Source: Pseudovirgaria hyperparasitica (lineage: Eukaryota). Taken from it: a DNA stretch of 64,000 nucleotides. The translations under genes and the position numbers were made by a program. The stretch lies in assembly GCA_010093815.1 (NCBI GenBank), contig ML996565.1; one strand, written 5' to 3'. Below are positions 12,154 through 26,262 of this stretch, piece by piece. The notes beneath the pieces are model-generated. The model worked only from the letters and a program-made list of their open reading frames with translations, had not been told where the DNA came from and did no database searches. Numbering within the stretch: the first letter of the stretch is position 1; each line of letters begins with the position of its first letter.

Positions 12154-14361
12154 TCAATAGCTATCCTCCCCCCACCTCCCCCTCACCTTTCTCCACCCCT
12201 CCTTCTCCTTTTCCCTCTCCCTCTCTTTTTTCCTCTCCTTCCCCTCATTCCCATTCCCCTCCTTCCCATCCCTCACTTCCCTATTCCCCTCCTCCAAATC
12301 CTTCCCCTCCTTCCCCCCACCTTCCAACCCCCTCCCCTCCCTACCCTCAACACTCCTCCCCCCCAACCCCCCCCTCTCAACCCACTCCAAACCGCCCATC
12401 TCACTCAACCTGCTCAGCGCGCGCGCAAACGCAAAGCGCTCCTCATCCCCACTGAAAATACTCGATGCCTTGAGCATCTGCATGTTCAGCCCCAGGTCGT
12501 CCATGAGGGAGCGCATGGAGTCCGGGATCGCGGTTTCGGATGTGGTTGTGGTTGTGGTTGTGGTTGTTGATTCGGCCGAGGATGAGGAGGAGGAGGAGGT
12601 AGTGCTGGATTCAGAGGCAGATTGGTCGAGTTCGGCGGGGGAGACAAAGAGGTGCGAGAGCGGGACGGCGGACGTGAGGACGAGTTTGGCCTGTTTTTGT
12701 TTGCGGGTCAGCATCCATGTCGATATGACACAACACACAACACACCACCAGACCAGCAATCCACCATGCTACGCTTGATGCTCAATGCTCGACGCTTCGG
12801 GCGGGGAATACAAAAAAAGGAAAACAGGACAAACAAGCCAGAAAAGCCAAAACATACCCGACTCTCATAAACCGCATCAACAAACGTAATAAACCGCCTC
12901 GCCAAATCCCTACTCCGATAATCCATGCCCGGCACCCCCGTCACCACAAACCCCTCATAACACCTCACCAACTCCAAATAATCCGCCGCGCCCGTCGCCC
13001 GCCCGATAATCTCCTCAAACGTAAACCAGCACGCCCGGCCACTCGCGCGCGGCACCAGGATCTCGCGGCCCCAGACCACATGGCAGGCCGGGTGCGGCGG
13101 GTCGTGTTCAAAGTCGCCGAGGTAGCGGAACCATTTCTCGGCGTGGGCGGTGGCGGCAGGGTCGAGGAGGGGGTGGTGGTAGACGCCGCTGGGCGGACGC
13201 GGGATTTTGCGGTAGTCGGTGGGCGAGTCGAGGGTTATGACGGCGAGGCGGGACTTGAGGAGGGTGATGCAGGGGATGAAGGAGGTGCGTTGGATGCCGT
13301 TTTTGTAGAGGTCGTCGGGGTGGCGGTTGGAGGTTGTGACGAGGACGACGCCGTGGGCCATGAGGGATTCGATTAAGCTATGTACAGAGGGAGAAATGTG
13401 AGTATGAGGCGAGGCGAAAGGGGGGGAAAAGGGGTTTGTACCGGCGGAGGATCATGGCGTCGGCGACGTCTGTGCATTGGAACTCGTCGAAGCAGAGCAC
13501 CGTCGCGCGCTCGGCAAAGCTGGCGGCGACAAAGGGGATGGCGTCAAAGTCGTTGCCGTGCTGCATCTTCATCTTGTGGAGCTGCTTGTGGACGTCCTGC
13601 ATGAAGTTGTGGAAGTGGATGCGGTTCTTGGCCTTGATGTTCGGCGGGAGCGTCTCGTAGAAGAGATCCATGAGCATCGTCTTGCCGCTGCCCACATCGC
13701 CGTACATGTATAGGCCCTTTGGCATGTCCGATGGGATGGGCGGGCCCGTCTTCTGACTCTTCTTCGGCGCGCCAAACAGAGAGCCAAACAAGCCTGGCTT
13801 CGGGGGCGTGAGCGCTTCGATGGAGGGATGGACGACCTTCGGCGGCGTATAGCTCGCCAGCACACGGTGCAGGTTCTCGAGGTTCTGTATTATGGCTTCA
13901 CGCCCAAGTCAGCCAGCCAGCACTCAACCACCATCTCAAGGAGCGGGCACTTCCAACATACACCTCTGATGCTCGTCGTCGCGCAACCGCCCACTCGCAA
14001 CACGCGCATCATACTCCGCAATGGGACCATGGCTCGAAGCATCACCTGCAAAAAAAACATTCATAAGCCGCCCAAATTCCCCCATCGATTTTCACAAACA
14101 TAAAGCCAGCAGCATACCAGACACAGTAGCAAAACCCCTTTCTCGGCCGACTCCCCAGGGCGCCGCGCAGTAATTGCTCGTCGCAGCCCTTCTCCAAGCT
14201 CTCGCCGGCTCTCGCGCCCTGCTATACTCGCACAGCGACCGTCTACACAGTCTGCAGCAGACCCTTTTTCCGAGCGTTTGGCGCGTGGCAGACCCTGACA
14301 GCAGCAGCAGTGCGAGACCCTGGCGTGCCACAGGCACAGGGCGGCCCATAGCCGAGCGCAT
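12154..14361 (-). CDS. AFG1: Mitochondrial AFG1/ZapE-family AAA+ ATPase, multi-exon
   Basis: GLYMYGDVGSGKTMLMDLFY Walker A, RIHFHNFM, VLCFDEFQCTDVADAMILRR Walker B, TSNRHPDDLYKNGIQR, ARRFITFVDAVYE, GDEERFAFARALSRL; Arg-rich presequence-like N-terminus. Confidence 0.93.
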
Positions 14362-14945
14362 GTCCTCTGTAAGGGTCCTGATGGATGTTATAACGACTTC
14401 ATGGGACAGCGACGGCTGGTTGTATGCGGGAGGGAATGTTTGAGGAGGCGCGGAAGACTGTTGAGCTGGTGTATGTGGAAGAACGAAGGAAAAGACGTGT
14501 GCCGTTTCGCTGATTGTCGTGGGTCACGTACGCCTGTGACCGACCGCGCTTTGAGCTTGGCACACGTAGCGGGCCGCAACACGCGGGGAGCTCGGCCGTT
14601 CCGAGGCACATGAAACGTAAAGTCCCGGTCAAGTCTAAGCTCGGGAACAGAAATAGAGGCCGCGTGGTGATACATCCTTGTTCATCAACTAATGTTGACC
14701 TTTGCACTGCAGAATAGTTCAAGCATCACGAGCACAAGACAGCTTCCGTTCATACAATACAGGACAAGACCGGATTCCATTGGCTAGCACGATAAGGTAG
14801 GAGATGTTATCCGAACGCCTATCGCTCGCTAAGTAAACAAAAGAGAAATTAAAGAGCCATACGAGGCGGAAATGTCGCTCCCAGCGATCCAATAAGTATA
14901 TATACCACTCATATCAATAGGAGTCCCTGTTTGCGCAACAACCCC

Positions 14946-16482
14946 TTAGTGATGGCCCTCGGCGGCCGGGTCTGGCTGCAGGCCCAAAGTGGCTGCCTCG
15001 GTCGTTGTGTAGCTGGTGTGGCCCTCTGGGGGGTTCGGGTAGTAGAATGCGCATATCGCGATGATGATGTAGACAATCACGCACAGCGTGCCCTCGAGAT
15101 AGTTGCTCTTGCCGTCGCGGAGGAAGTTTCCGACCACAAGGACGGCAAGAATGAGCACGACAGTGTCGAAGATTTCAAAGTTGAGATCCATGCCCTTGTT
15201 CAGGCCCCATCCTACAATGATGACCAGAGGAGTGTTGAGGAGGGCAGTCTGGATCGAAGCACCAAGCACATGAGCAAGGGCAAAGTTTGCTTGGTTGTCC
15301 CAGGCTTCGTCGACGGCCGTCAAATGCTCCGCAGCTTTCTCGACCAGAGGAATCAGGATCAAACCGACAAAAGCATCTGAGATGCCACGGTCAACCACAA
15401 GGTAGTGGATCTGGTCAATCAGAGCAACGGCAATCAGCGCCACACAGGCAATGGCAATTGCGATACCAATGAGGGCCTCGGTGAAGGTCAGCTTCTGCTT
15501 GGCGAGATCCCGATGTCTGTCGGTGTCCTTGAGTTCGTCGGCTTCGAGAATGTCGTCATACAGTCCATGGTGGGTGTGTGTCTGAAACACGAGATAGACA
15601 CCATAGGCGACCAAAAACATGATGGCAATGGCACGCGAAATGCTGAGTGCCTCGTTTCGGAATAGCGGCTCGGCCTGAACCAAGGTGTTGGCGTATACGG
15701 AGGGGATAATAAGACCCACTGTACATGTCGTCAGCTGCATGACCATGTCGTAGTATCACCAAGAACTTACTTGCTGCCACAAGCATCAAGCCTGTGCCGA
15801 CCTCACTGATAGCCTCATGGAAAGTTTGTTCGTCTCTTTTGATACCTCCAGCAATGAAGCAGAGTCCCAAGCAGAGAAGCAGGTTAGCAAGGAGAGAACC
15901 AAGAATAGCGGCTCGGATGACCTGGACATTCTCGTCGCCGACCGACCGCACAATCAGGACAAGAAACAAGATAATCTCAACCAGCGAGCCCAGAGTCGTC
16001 TCAATGATAATGCCCATAACTTTCGGCAGCTTGCGAGCCAGCTCTTGACCCGCAAATCCAAGCAGATTGGCCGATGGCACCATGGCGATATAGTTCAGAA
16101 TGAAAATGGTCAGATGCCACTCAGGACGGGCGAAATACTGAATTGGTAAGCACCACTTCATGCCTCATACTACAACATCAAAGCATCAACTTACAATAGC
16201 AATCGCAGCAGGCACAACAGGCCACAACACATTCACAGCCGAGGACATCTTGCTCGAGCTGCGTGCACAAATTCTCATAAACTTGAGGGGATGGAAGCCC
16301 TTGCGGCCACTCTCGCCATCGGGCGCAATGCCCGGCGTCTGCTGGCCCTTGTGGAATGTGGGGAGAAAGCGACTCTTGTGCGGCTTGCCATTGCTCGAGT
16401 GCGGCGGGACAGAGGGATCGTGCTTGGGCTCGGCGCCATCGTAGCCCGTCGGGGGCACATCGCGAGAGCGACGGTGATTCAT
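14946..16482 (-). CDS. Vacuolar Ca2+/H+ exchanger (CAX/Vcx1-like), 2 introns
   Basis: Alpha-repeat motifs AAILGSLLANLLLCLG and GLILIPLVEKAAEHLTAV...GASIQTAL, plus DGKSNYLEG; ATG of MNHRRS at 16482. Confidence 0.9.
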
Positions 16483-18057
16483 GGTTGTTGTCGAGGATAT
16501 CGCGTAGGGAGACAGGAAGAAGCGCAAGTTTTTTGAAGTATGCAACGTGTAAAAGCGCAGAAGCGTGGTTGGCGTAAATTGAAGGGGGGTGGGTGGAAAG
16601 GCGCTTGGTTTCAGCAGGAGGCCAAAGTAACGAATCAGGTACAATTGGGTATATAACAGAAACGAGAATGACGGGTTAAAGACGTTTGCGGTATGGAGAT
16701 GTCGTTCGGTGAAGAGGGCGGGCGGGCGGAGGGAGAGGAAGAGGAACAAGGCGAAGCCTAAGGGGAGGAGTGAAGAGACGGCAAGTGCATGGCTTAAAGG
16801 ACTTTGTTGTTCAGAGTTAAAGCAGGTTTGGCGTTGGCGTAAGGAGATGATCGTGGGTCCAATCGCGCCCGCCGCTAGTCCGTGTCGGGGTAGTCAGGCT
16901 CGTGTTGTCAAGCTTCAAGCTTCATATGCCGCCCCCCGCCCAGTCTTCGCTTGCATCTGGCGCATTTCTCTGGCATTCCAGTAATTACAATATATGTCAA
17001 TATTCCATCCATTCATGCGGGAATGTGAGTATACGATACCAGCGACTATGAAACCACAACCACCGCAGTGTCTCCTGCTCTACAACAACGCTCAACATAC
17101 GCCCGAACGCACCGCAATATCTACCGGTCTGAGATCATGAAACCCCGTTTCGCAGGGCCCCTCCCGTGTGCCGAGCTGGTCATATATCTCCTATCTGGAA
17201 TATACCCGGGTCAAACATAAAGCCCCGGGATGCACCAATTGTGTGGGTCGTTATTCGTAGTCTGCAGTGATGTATATGCCAACATATAGCAACAACAACA
17301 ACAACAACTCGACCACGTCTCGATGCGCTTCGATCGACCGTTGATTCAATCGTTGACGCAGCTAACGCTCCTGTCCTGGCGCCAATGGAGTTGGATTTGC
17401 TTGATCGCATTGACGCCTTTTCCAAGATTGCGACCCGCTCTTGGCGTAGAAGCTTGGCATATCACCAAAAGGGGCTAGAGCCTCGGTTCTCCAGTGGTCT
17501 GCTCAGCTGTCAAAAGGCATAACTGTGGAGACAGACGGTTAGGGCTACGGCCGATCCACTGCTGTATAGACGTTGACATCTCCTCATATCCTCACCGTTC
17601 ATTCGAACAAGATAGATGGACATTGCTTGCATGCCACGGTGTCTCGTCAAGACTGTCAGGGACACACGCCCACGTCCGCGACCACGACTGCCGCCAAGTC
17701 GAGAACATGGCAAGTCAGAGACTTCAGCCCTGCAAGACGACAGTACATATGTATTGCCAGTCTTGAGCACCTCTTCTTCCAAGGTTGTACTTGCTGGCTG
17801 ACTACGAAGTAAATAAGTAAGCAGGCAAGTAAGCAGAGCTATGTTTGCCATGAATGCGATGTCCCGCTATACGGCGTGTAGGGCAGAGGTGTAGAGAGCA
17901 GAGTGTCATGGGAGTTCGTGCAGATGTGATGAGAAGAGATGAGATGGGATGGGATGAGACGGGATGAGACGGGACAGAGTAAAGCGGAGTGTATGGCAGC
18001 GGATGGCACAAGAGAGTGAGACTTTGCAGAGAATGGGAGAGTCAGCGACAGGAAACT

Positions 18058-18060
<3 letters not shown>

Positions 18061-18094
<34 letters not shown>
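18061..18094. repeat. (GA)n microsatellite
   Basis: Perfect dinucleotide run. Confidence 0.9.
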
Positions 18095-18099
<5 letters not shown>

Positions 18100-21000
18100 C
18101 GTATGGACAAAGGGCCATGGTGTGAGATCCAGACTATGGATCGAACGTGACCTCCCATCAAGCGAGACAAGAAGAATGTGACCAAGTCAACCAGAAACAG
18201 GCGCTCGTCAGATCATGATGACCACTACTGCATGGACACTATCAGCAGACACGCACAGCAACGAGATATATCTCTGGAAGACGGATGCTTTGATGGATCC
18301 GGACCACGTCAGAACTGTTCATGTTGGCGGCGCGGCGGCCGCGGCGACGAATGAGTTAGAGGCCTACCAACCAGCCGGCCAGTCAGTCAGTCAGCCAGCC
18401 CATTGATAAAACGATAGTTTGAATGGCAAGGGTGATATTTGAGGCGTGCGTCACGAGGGCCAGTCGATGAGCTGCTTGGTGAGGGCTATAACGGGCGTGA
18501 GTTAGCTGGCAGTCGTCAATGTGTTGCCCTGGCGTCGGAAAGACTGCGTATGCTGCTAGCTAGTATGCCGATCGGTGTTGACATGTTCCCTTGTCAGACT
18601 AGGAGATGGAACGGAGGGGAGAGATGGGAGGTGTTCATCTAAACAATACCCGAGCGACGAGCCTGGCCTTCCGAGGAGTGCATGATGGGCAGGGCGAGGC
18701 GTCATGCTGATGGCCGTTAGTTGGCTGGCGAATCCGGAAACATGAGGTCGGCGACCTGGGACGCAGTTGATGGAGAGCCAAAAGATAGGGACCCCTCGTA
18801 GAGCGCCGGCTCCGACTTGCTGATGGGGCCCTGGCGTGTGCGTTCGTTAGCACATGTTGTGACGCTGAAAGCAGATGATGCTGCTCAGAACGAAGGCTCG
18901 TCGAGAGTGGCGCCGAGCCAAGACAAGCAGGAACAAACGAGCTCATTTACGATCTGCGCGGATAACGCGCGCGCGCACCTCCGGTCAGGGCTCTTTGCTG
19001 TTCCCTGGTAGATGGATGTATGTCGTCGGCTTGCCAGGTGGTATTGACATGTTGACAAATGTGAGGATGTGTAATTAGCGGCGACGTGAAAGGGGGGAAA
19101 GAGCACGGCATCTGGTCACTGGTGATCCATGATGATGATGAGGATACGTGATCAAGTCTGCAATAGGCGCAAGCAGTGTTGCGATGCGCCTATCAACTGC
19201 CGTCAGTATCTCTATCCTGTCAGAGATGGTCGCGTCACAAGTCTACTTTGTGTCGCTCGGAACCGTGCTCGTGCAAATCTTCAAGCCACATTGGTAGATG
19301 TTGCAGCGCCATACCTTATACCAGGCTGGAACAGACAGAGAGAGAGATCAAGCCGGGTAGCGATGCATAGGCATTACCAGCAGTCTTTCTAGAGCAAAGT
19401 GAAGACAAAGGCAGACACATCAAATCATGATCCAACACTAGCTTGTTTTGCTGCCACCGAAGCTGGCCATCGTGACTCTAGCAACCATCGGGATGACAGC
19501 GCGAACCCGGTGGACTCTTTGAGGTTTGCCTGTCTGTACGAGTCAAGTGCACGCGACGTTCATGATTTCGGTACAGATGCTCGACAATAACAGACGTGGA
19601 TTACAACATTGCGCACTTCTTCTAGAAGATCACTGTCTGGCTGTCATACGCGAAACCCCCGTGTCGAAGTGTAGTAGTAGCGCAAGTTCGATCGTTGCGG
19701 AGTAGTACAGGGACATGGACTGGCCGGCGCATCGGCGAATTAGAAAGGCTGGGTGATGAAGTGCTCATGACGGGCATAGATTTCATCCTGCTGAAATTGC
19801 TTGGGCGTGGGACAGAAGCCGATGTAAATCAATGGATGTTGTAGAACTGCCACGGCAACGTGTCTGTGCTTATCAGAAACAGACACGGCGCATAAGACAT
19901 ATCTTTGGAATGTACGTGGAGAGAAGGCTTGGAGCGTTGCAGGTAGATCACGGTGGTGACTCTGATGGTGGGGACTAATCTCGTTCATTGTCTTGTTATC
20001 CCCCAAAGTGGTGTGTTCAAGGCAGTGTGGTGTATTATGTGTTAGTGGGTCGGCGGCTCATCATGGCATGGTTCGCGGAAAGAGAAGAATGGTTTGCCAA
20101 TGGGCCACATCGAATTCCAATGACCAATGATGAAGAGACGACGCGAGATTATCGACAAGGATGCGGGCCGGAAGTCAGTCAGCGTGACAATAGAACGGGC
20201 GCTGTAGTAGAAAGTGTTTATTCTGGTCTTTGTTTGTGGCAGGACGCTATAAGGATCCATCCATGGAAAGTGGCTAGCCTGCATGGAGGATCCATTTCTC
20301 GCACTAGCAGATGCTAGTGCCCCCGTCAGCTCTTTGTTTACGGCCATGGACGACGATCAAAGAGAAGCGGAGGCCTGCTAGATACGAGAATTTGAGTCTG
20401 AAAAATCATACGACAGAGGCAGGTTCGCGGGTGCAAGTCGATTCGACATTCGAGCAGCAGGCCAGCTCGTCGTAGTGGCGAACCGACAAGGATTGGAAAT
20501 TTGAGACGGCCCTCTGTCGAGAAAAGCGGCACAGCCTACAAGTCACAAGTAGCCTTGACCGCTCCTGGACTCGCCGACTACGGGCATGCAAACAGTGTTT
20601 GTGAGTCAAGAGAGCGCAAAGCCAGACGGATAGTGGCATGAGAAAAGAGTTTTCACGCGCCGATAATGTCTTCTCAGACGGATGCGTGCAGCGAGCCAGG
20701 TCACATGAGAGAGAGAGAGGGAGAGAGGAAAGTGCGATGATGACGACAGAGGTTCGGGGCCCAGTAAAGGCCTCTGCACGATCTTATGCATCTCAAAGTT
20801 GATGAATGTCGGGGACGTGAGACAATCACGCACTGTTCTCTCACGCTCACTCTCACTTACTCTCTCACCCAACGCTCGCGCACTGTGCGCTGGCAGCGGG
20901 CGGTCGGTGCACTGCTGGCCGTTCCATGATGCGCTTTGAAAGTCGAATTGGGACAGGCAGCATTCTTGCAGACGGCCCGGACCGTTGGTTCGAGGCGACG

Positions 21001-24000
21001 TGTAGCAGAGATGATGGACGGATGAGTGGGCCCAGGCAAGCAGCGGCTAATTAAGGTGGAAAGCGGAATCAGCGACCCGGAGAGAGAGAGTGAGAGAGAG
21101 AGAGAGGGCTCGGGGTAGGGGGGAGGGGGGAGGGGGGGTAGAAAAGGTGGCGGTGGAGTTTGTAGGCATGCATGAAGCTGCGGTGAGACCAAGGCTATAG
21201 GCGCCCGTCGTTCTCGAAGACTGAAACACGATGCAATGTAGGCTAGTGCTCGGAACGCTGGCTGCACATCTCATCAAGCTGGGCCCTGAAGATGGACCGG
21301 TAGCCGGCAAAAGTGTTTTTGATGGCCGCACTGGGGCATGGCAAAGTTGAAAATTGGGGCCCTGTCGGTCAAAGAAACGGTGTAAGGAAGGTCGACTGGG
21401 CGGGTAATGTAATTAGTCCCCAGCCCTTGAAGCCCAAGCGCAACTGCAGCGAAGACTGAAGAGAGCAAACGTCCAGACGTGGCTTCGTCTCAGCCACGAG
21501 CCCAGCGGTGCGGACAGCTGGGAAGAGGGAAGTGAGTGACGAGCGACAAGGAAGAATCTGTCAGATCAGGTGTGTGTGTATATGTGTGAGAGTGTAAGAG
21601 TGTGAGTAGTGAGTGCGAGTGTGTGAGAGAGTGGGTTGCAAGTCTGCAAGGGAGCCTCAATCCACTCACGACCTAATAATTACCTACCTACCTGGAGTCT
21701 GGGTAAGCTATGAAGAGCTTCTCCACCCCCGCCCGCGCAATTCCCCGACTCTCGGTGCCGGGCTGTAGGTAGGTAGGGCGGTAGGTAGTAGTTAGTAGGT
21801 TGTTGGTCGGTAGGTAATAATAGGCATTTGGCAAGTGTCCTGGCAGAAAACGTGCTGAGCAGCCCTCGAGCTGTTCGGCGAGGTTGAGGATAGCGTGGGG
21901 AATTTGTGAGTTCGACTGGCTGGCGGTGCTCGGCGGCGGTCAGCCGTGGGGCGGATTCGCAAGGGCTCGTAGGTGCGCGTAGGTTGTACAACACAGGGCC
22001 CGTTTGAAAGCCACGGGAGCGGATGGTTGGAGGCGTCCGAGTATAGGGATGGGTGGGTGTGTGAGTGTGAGCCAAAGGTGTAATAGTGTGGAGGAGGCGA
22101 GTGAGAAGGGAAGGACGAGGCGAGCCACGGCGGCTGGACGGGACCTATAGCCGGACGAACTGCTAGGATGAAAGGAAAAGAGGACGAAGCCGCAGAACGA
22201 GCGGATGTATAGCTGGTGTTGGTGTTGGTGTTGTTGTAGTGGTCGTAGTGGTTGTAGTGAGAGTCGTAGTTATCGTAGTGATAGTGCAGTGAGAAGGAAG
22301 ATGGAGGTATTAATTAATAATTGACGTAATAAAGAAGAAAGACGAGGTAAACATCCAGAAAGGGTTAGATGGAAGCAACTCCGGACTAGTCCGTAGATGT
22401 ATTAGCGCCGTTCAGCCTGCAGCCAATTGCCGTGAACCCCGCCTGTTCTCCAGCGGATGGCGTGTTAATTTAGCTCCTGAGCTGTTGACGTTCTGCCCGG
22501 GACACCCCACTCTCAACTCACTTGGCATCAGGATGGGTATCAATAACGTCAGCATTAACCGTAAAAACACATTGCAAGCAGAAGGGCAGAACGGCGAGCA
22601 TGCTCATATGCTGCAAGGGACATCCTGCCAGCAGCCACTCTTTTTTCATGACCCTGTCGGCCCTAGTCCGCGCCATCGAGCTTGCTGTCCCGAGTCCCGA
22701 TCAAGAGACTCTCTGAATCTGCCTGAATTCTCCCTTTCGTCTGGGCCCGATGACTTGACCGCCTGCACTTCCACTTACTTGTTCAGCTCTTGTTGTTCCT
22801 TTCATTTCAGAAGCCGTTCCGCTAAGCCTCCCTGCCTCTATCTCTTGTCTGTCTCGCTCTCTTCTTCTTTCTCTTTTTTTCTCCACATATTGTGGAGGCG
22901 TCAACGCCCATTCAAGGATCATGGCGCGCCCGATTTGATGGCTGATCCGGAGAACATTGCTTGGACGAGAGAGAGAGAGAGAGATCATGTTCCCCACCTG
23001 CTATTATGGCCCCTCCCCCCTCCCCTTGTGTTTGAGAAACAAGGACGTCTGTATGGGTCATGATGACCGTGCCTTTACATTTGTCATTTTGGCAGTTTCC
23101 CTCTAGTTGCGGGGGAGGGGGAGGGGGGTAAACGGGGAGCCCGGCGTCCTATAGTGGACGGGCATGGGCACTGTCAGCCCCGTTCCTTGGCCTTGGAGGG
23201 GAATTATGTCCTATGTACATTGCTTGATGTGCAGCAGCAGCAGCAGCAATAGTAGTGACTACTGGGAACGCTATTCCGTGGGCAAACCATAGGAGCTTAA
23301 CCTCTTTCTGCATCGGAACGCAACACCAGCCGCGACCCGGCAGTCTGGTAACAGCCTTTCTCGTTACCATTGAGGTTCCTGAAAGGGGTGGGTCGCAGGT
23401 GGACAGCATGATTGCTTACCTGGCGCGAGGAAGGGCGAGCTGCATGAGGGATGGTGGACGGCTCTCTCGACAAATGATTTGATCAGAGGGTAAGAGGGTA
23501 AGAGGGCAGAGTAAAGAGAGTGAATTGGCTGCAGGGGGTTAATTATTTTGCTTTGATAGCACCTGGTCTGAGTTCTGTGTGTGTGTGTGGTGTGGTAGTG
23601 TTTGGGGCTGACAGGTCAAACTCAGTCTGGCCATAGTCGATCTTGATGAAGGATGCTGTAAAAGGACAAGAGGAGCCCACGGAATCCCCGGTTTTTCTTT
23701 TAGGGGGGGAGGGTGGAATTGCGTCTAATCTTCTCCCGATTCCACATCCACGTCCCCATTCACGTCCCCATACTACACGTCCACACAATACACATCCACA
23801 TCCACACACACATCTCCATTCTCGACAGCTACTATAACGGCGTGGTGGTCCGCAGTGTGGCCCACAACGCTCTTGCTACCTCTTTTTCTTATTTTATTTA
23901 CTTCTTCCCCAGTCATAACCCACAACGCGCCCAAGGTTTCCAACAAGAAGTCTTTTTGTTGTCTTTGTTGGAACATAACTCTTTCTCCCCCTACCGACTC

Positions 24001-25955
24001 CCCTAGCCTCCCCCTCCCCTCTCATCTCAAGCATCATCTGATGGGATGGTGCGGTTCCTTGTGGTGATCAACTAGCGCAGACCAGTCAGTCTGTACGACG
24101 ACGGAGCAGTGGGCAAAAAGCCGAGGAACGAAGATATAAGCGTGGCATTGACCGCTCTTCGAGGACAGGAATAAATCTGAAACTGGACGAACAGGGCAAA
24201 ACGAAGCGACAGTCGACATTTGATTGATAGTTTTGCAGCAGCAGCCGCAGCAGCAAGGGACCGAACAACGAATTGCTTTTTTATTTCTTCTTTTCTTGCC
24301 GGCGGTCGCGCGCCACGGCACTGCAGTGACCCAGGGTACTGGAACGGCCAGGAAGTGGAGCACCCATCCAGCCATCCATACATCCATACATCCAGCCATC
24401 CATCCACCCATCGCAGGCCACTCAGCCAGGGTAGACGGTGACGAAACAGGCAGGGCTGGCACGACCAGGTCGCAACGAGCAAGCACCAATCAGCTCGATA
24501 GATAAACCGGCTGGTCAGTAGCAGGGCACGAGTGACTAGGTTGCGAAAAAGAGAGAGAGAGAGAGCGAGAGAAAGAATACAGGTTGACGGAGAGATAATT
24601 TATTAAAGCAAAAGGCACAGACTTGAAATTGCGCAGTAGACACAGTGCGAAGTGAGGTCGGCGACCAAGACAGATTAGTCTGGTCTTGTTGATCAATAGC
24701 TGGCTGCCTGGCTGCCTGTCTGTCTGCTGCCTGCCTACCTACATCTTACCACTACCACTACCACTACTACCACCACCACTACTACTACTCGTGGACCTAT
24801 TCAGCCACCTACCAGCTACCTGGCTAGCTAGCTAGTTAGCCGTGGATCACCTGGACCAGGGCGCGAGGAGAAAGGCGAGTCAAGAAATCAAGAACGACCC
24901 AGTCGTGGTAGAATTGAGCGGTGGGTATAGGGCTGTGCGGCGTGTATACGACGACGATTAAAGGGAGGTGTTGTGGCGAAGAGTATAAGTGACGACAGCG
25001 CAACAAGATAGGGCATCCCATCAGTGTCAGTCAGGATCCATACATGGGCTACGACCATCACCATCACCACCACCAACAACAACAACATCACTACGATTAC
25101 CACCACCAACACCACCAACCGCGCATGCACGTACCTACGTCTGCACCCGTCGACAGCGCCATCAAGCTTGGCGATTCGAACGACACGAGACGAAGGCGAC
25201 AAGACGAGAGACGACAGGGCGACAGTGTACCTGCATACAGTCTGCGACCGAAAGGCAGCAGGCGATTGAATTCGAGTTGAGTTGCGAGTGAGGAGAAGAG
25301 TGATTGGAAAGTGAAGGTTGAGGTTGGCAGTAATCGATTAGGGTGAGTGATGACAGAACTAGTCCGCGGCCGCTAGAGGGAAGGAATGCAGCCAAGGCAA
25401 CCCCACCAATTCCCCAATCTAGGCAGGCGCGCGCGCACTTGGCTGGCTAACTGGCTGGCGGCCGTTCATTTATTCGTTTGACTTTTCGTATACTGTAGTA
25501 GTGTGTAGTGGGCGAACAAGCTAGCTAACAAGAAAACCCGGGGGGGGGCGCGCTTAGGCTGAACAGTCGCATAATTACCCACACACGCACACACACACAC
25601 ACAGACGCGCATCACTCGACTAGCACCATCTCTTCGGGGAAATAGTATAGAAAAAGGAAAAGAAAACAAAGACTAAAAAAAAGAAGACGGCGCGTGGCAT
25701 CTTGACCAAGTCAAGGCTGCGTGCGCGTGGGTGGGAATTCTTAAAAGGGCCATTTTGTTTGTCTCTTTTTATATATATACACATTGCACTCGAATACTGC
25801 TGCGACTAGTCTACCACTACCACTAGTAGTAGTAATTAGTAGTAGTCTGCAGCTAGCCAGCCAGTAGCTGTTCGATATCCGACTGCACTACTCGACCACA
25901 CTAGCAAGTTGCTGGATAGTCAGAGACAGAGTGAGAGAGAATCGGTCACAACAAG

Positions 25956-26148
25956 GTGAGTTGCGGCGCAGTCTTTTCTTTCACTTTGCATTCATGCCCC
26001 CTGCTCTGCCCTGCGCTGCCCTGTCTTGTCTACTACTAATTGAATTGCTACTTAATGACCATCATCATGCATGCTACCTACATACATTTTGGTAGCAAAA
26101 AAAAGAATGGTTGAATCAAAGCTTGACAATCCTCTTCTTCTACTCTAG
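25956..26148 (+). other. Putative 5'-UTR intron of the Ndt80-family gene
   Basis: AAG|GTGAGT donor at 25956, CTTGAC branch-like site, pyrimidine tract and CTCTAG acceptor at 26148, upstream of ATG 26263. Confidence 0.5.
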
Positions 26149-26262
26149 ATCCATCCATCAACCCAACCAACACATCCTTTTCTTGCCGTTTCGTCGACAA
26201 GCAACAATTCGACTAATTACTACAACGACCACTACGGCAACAACAACAAGCCTGAGACGATC

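Noticed and set aside
25044..25280. ORF MGYDHHHHHHQQQQ... as a small peptide or upstream Ndt80 exon
   Set aside because: Composition is explained by CAC/CAA repeats, and I found no good phase-compatible donor.
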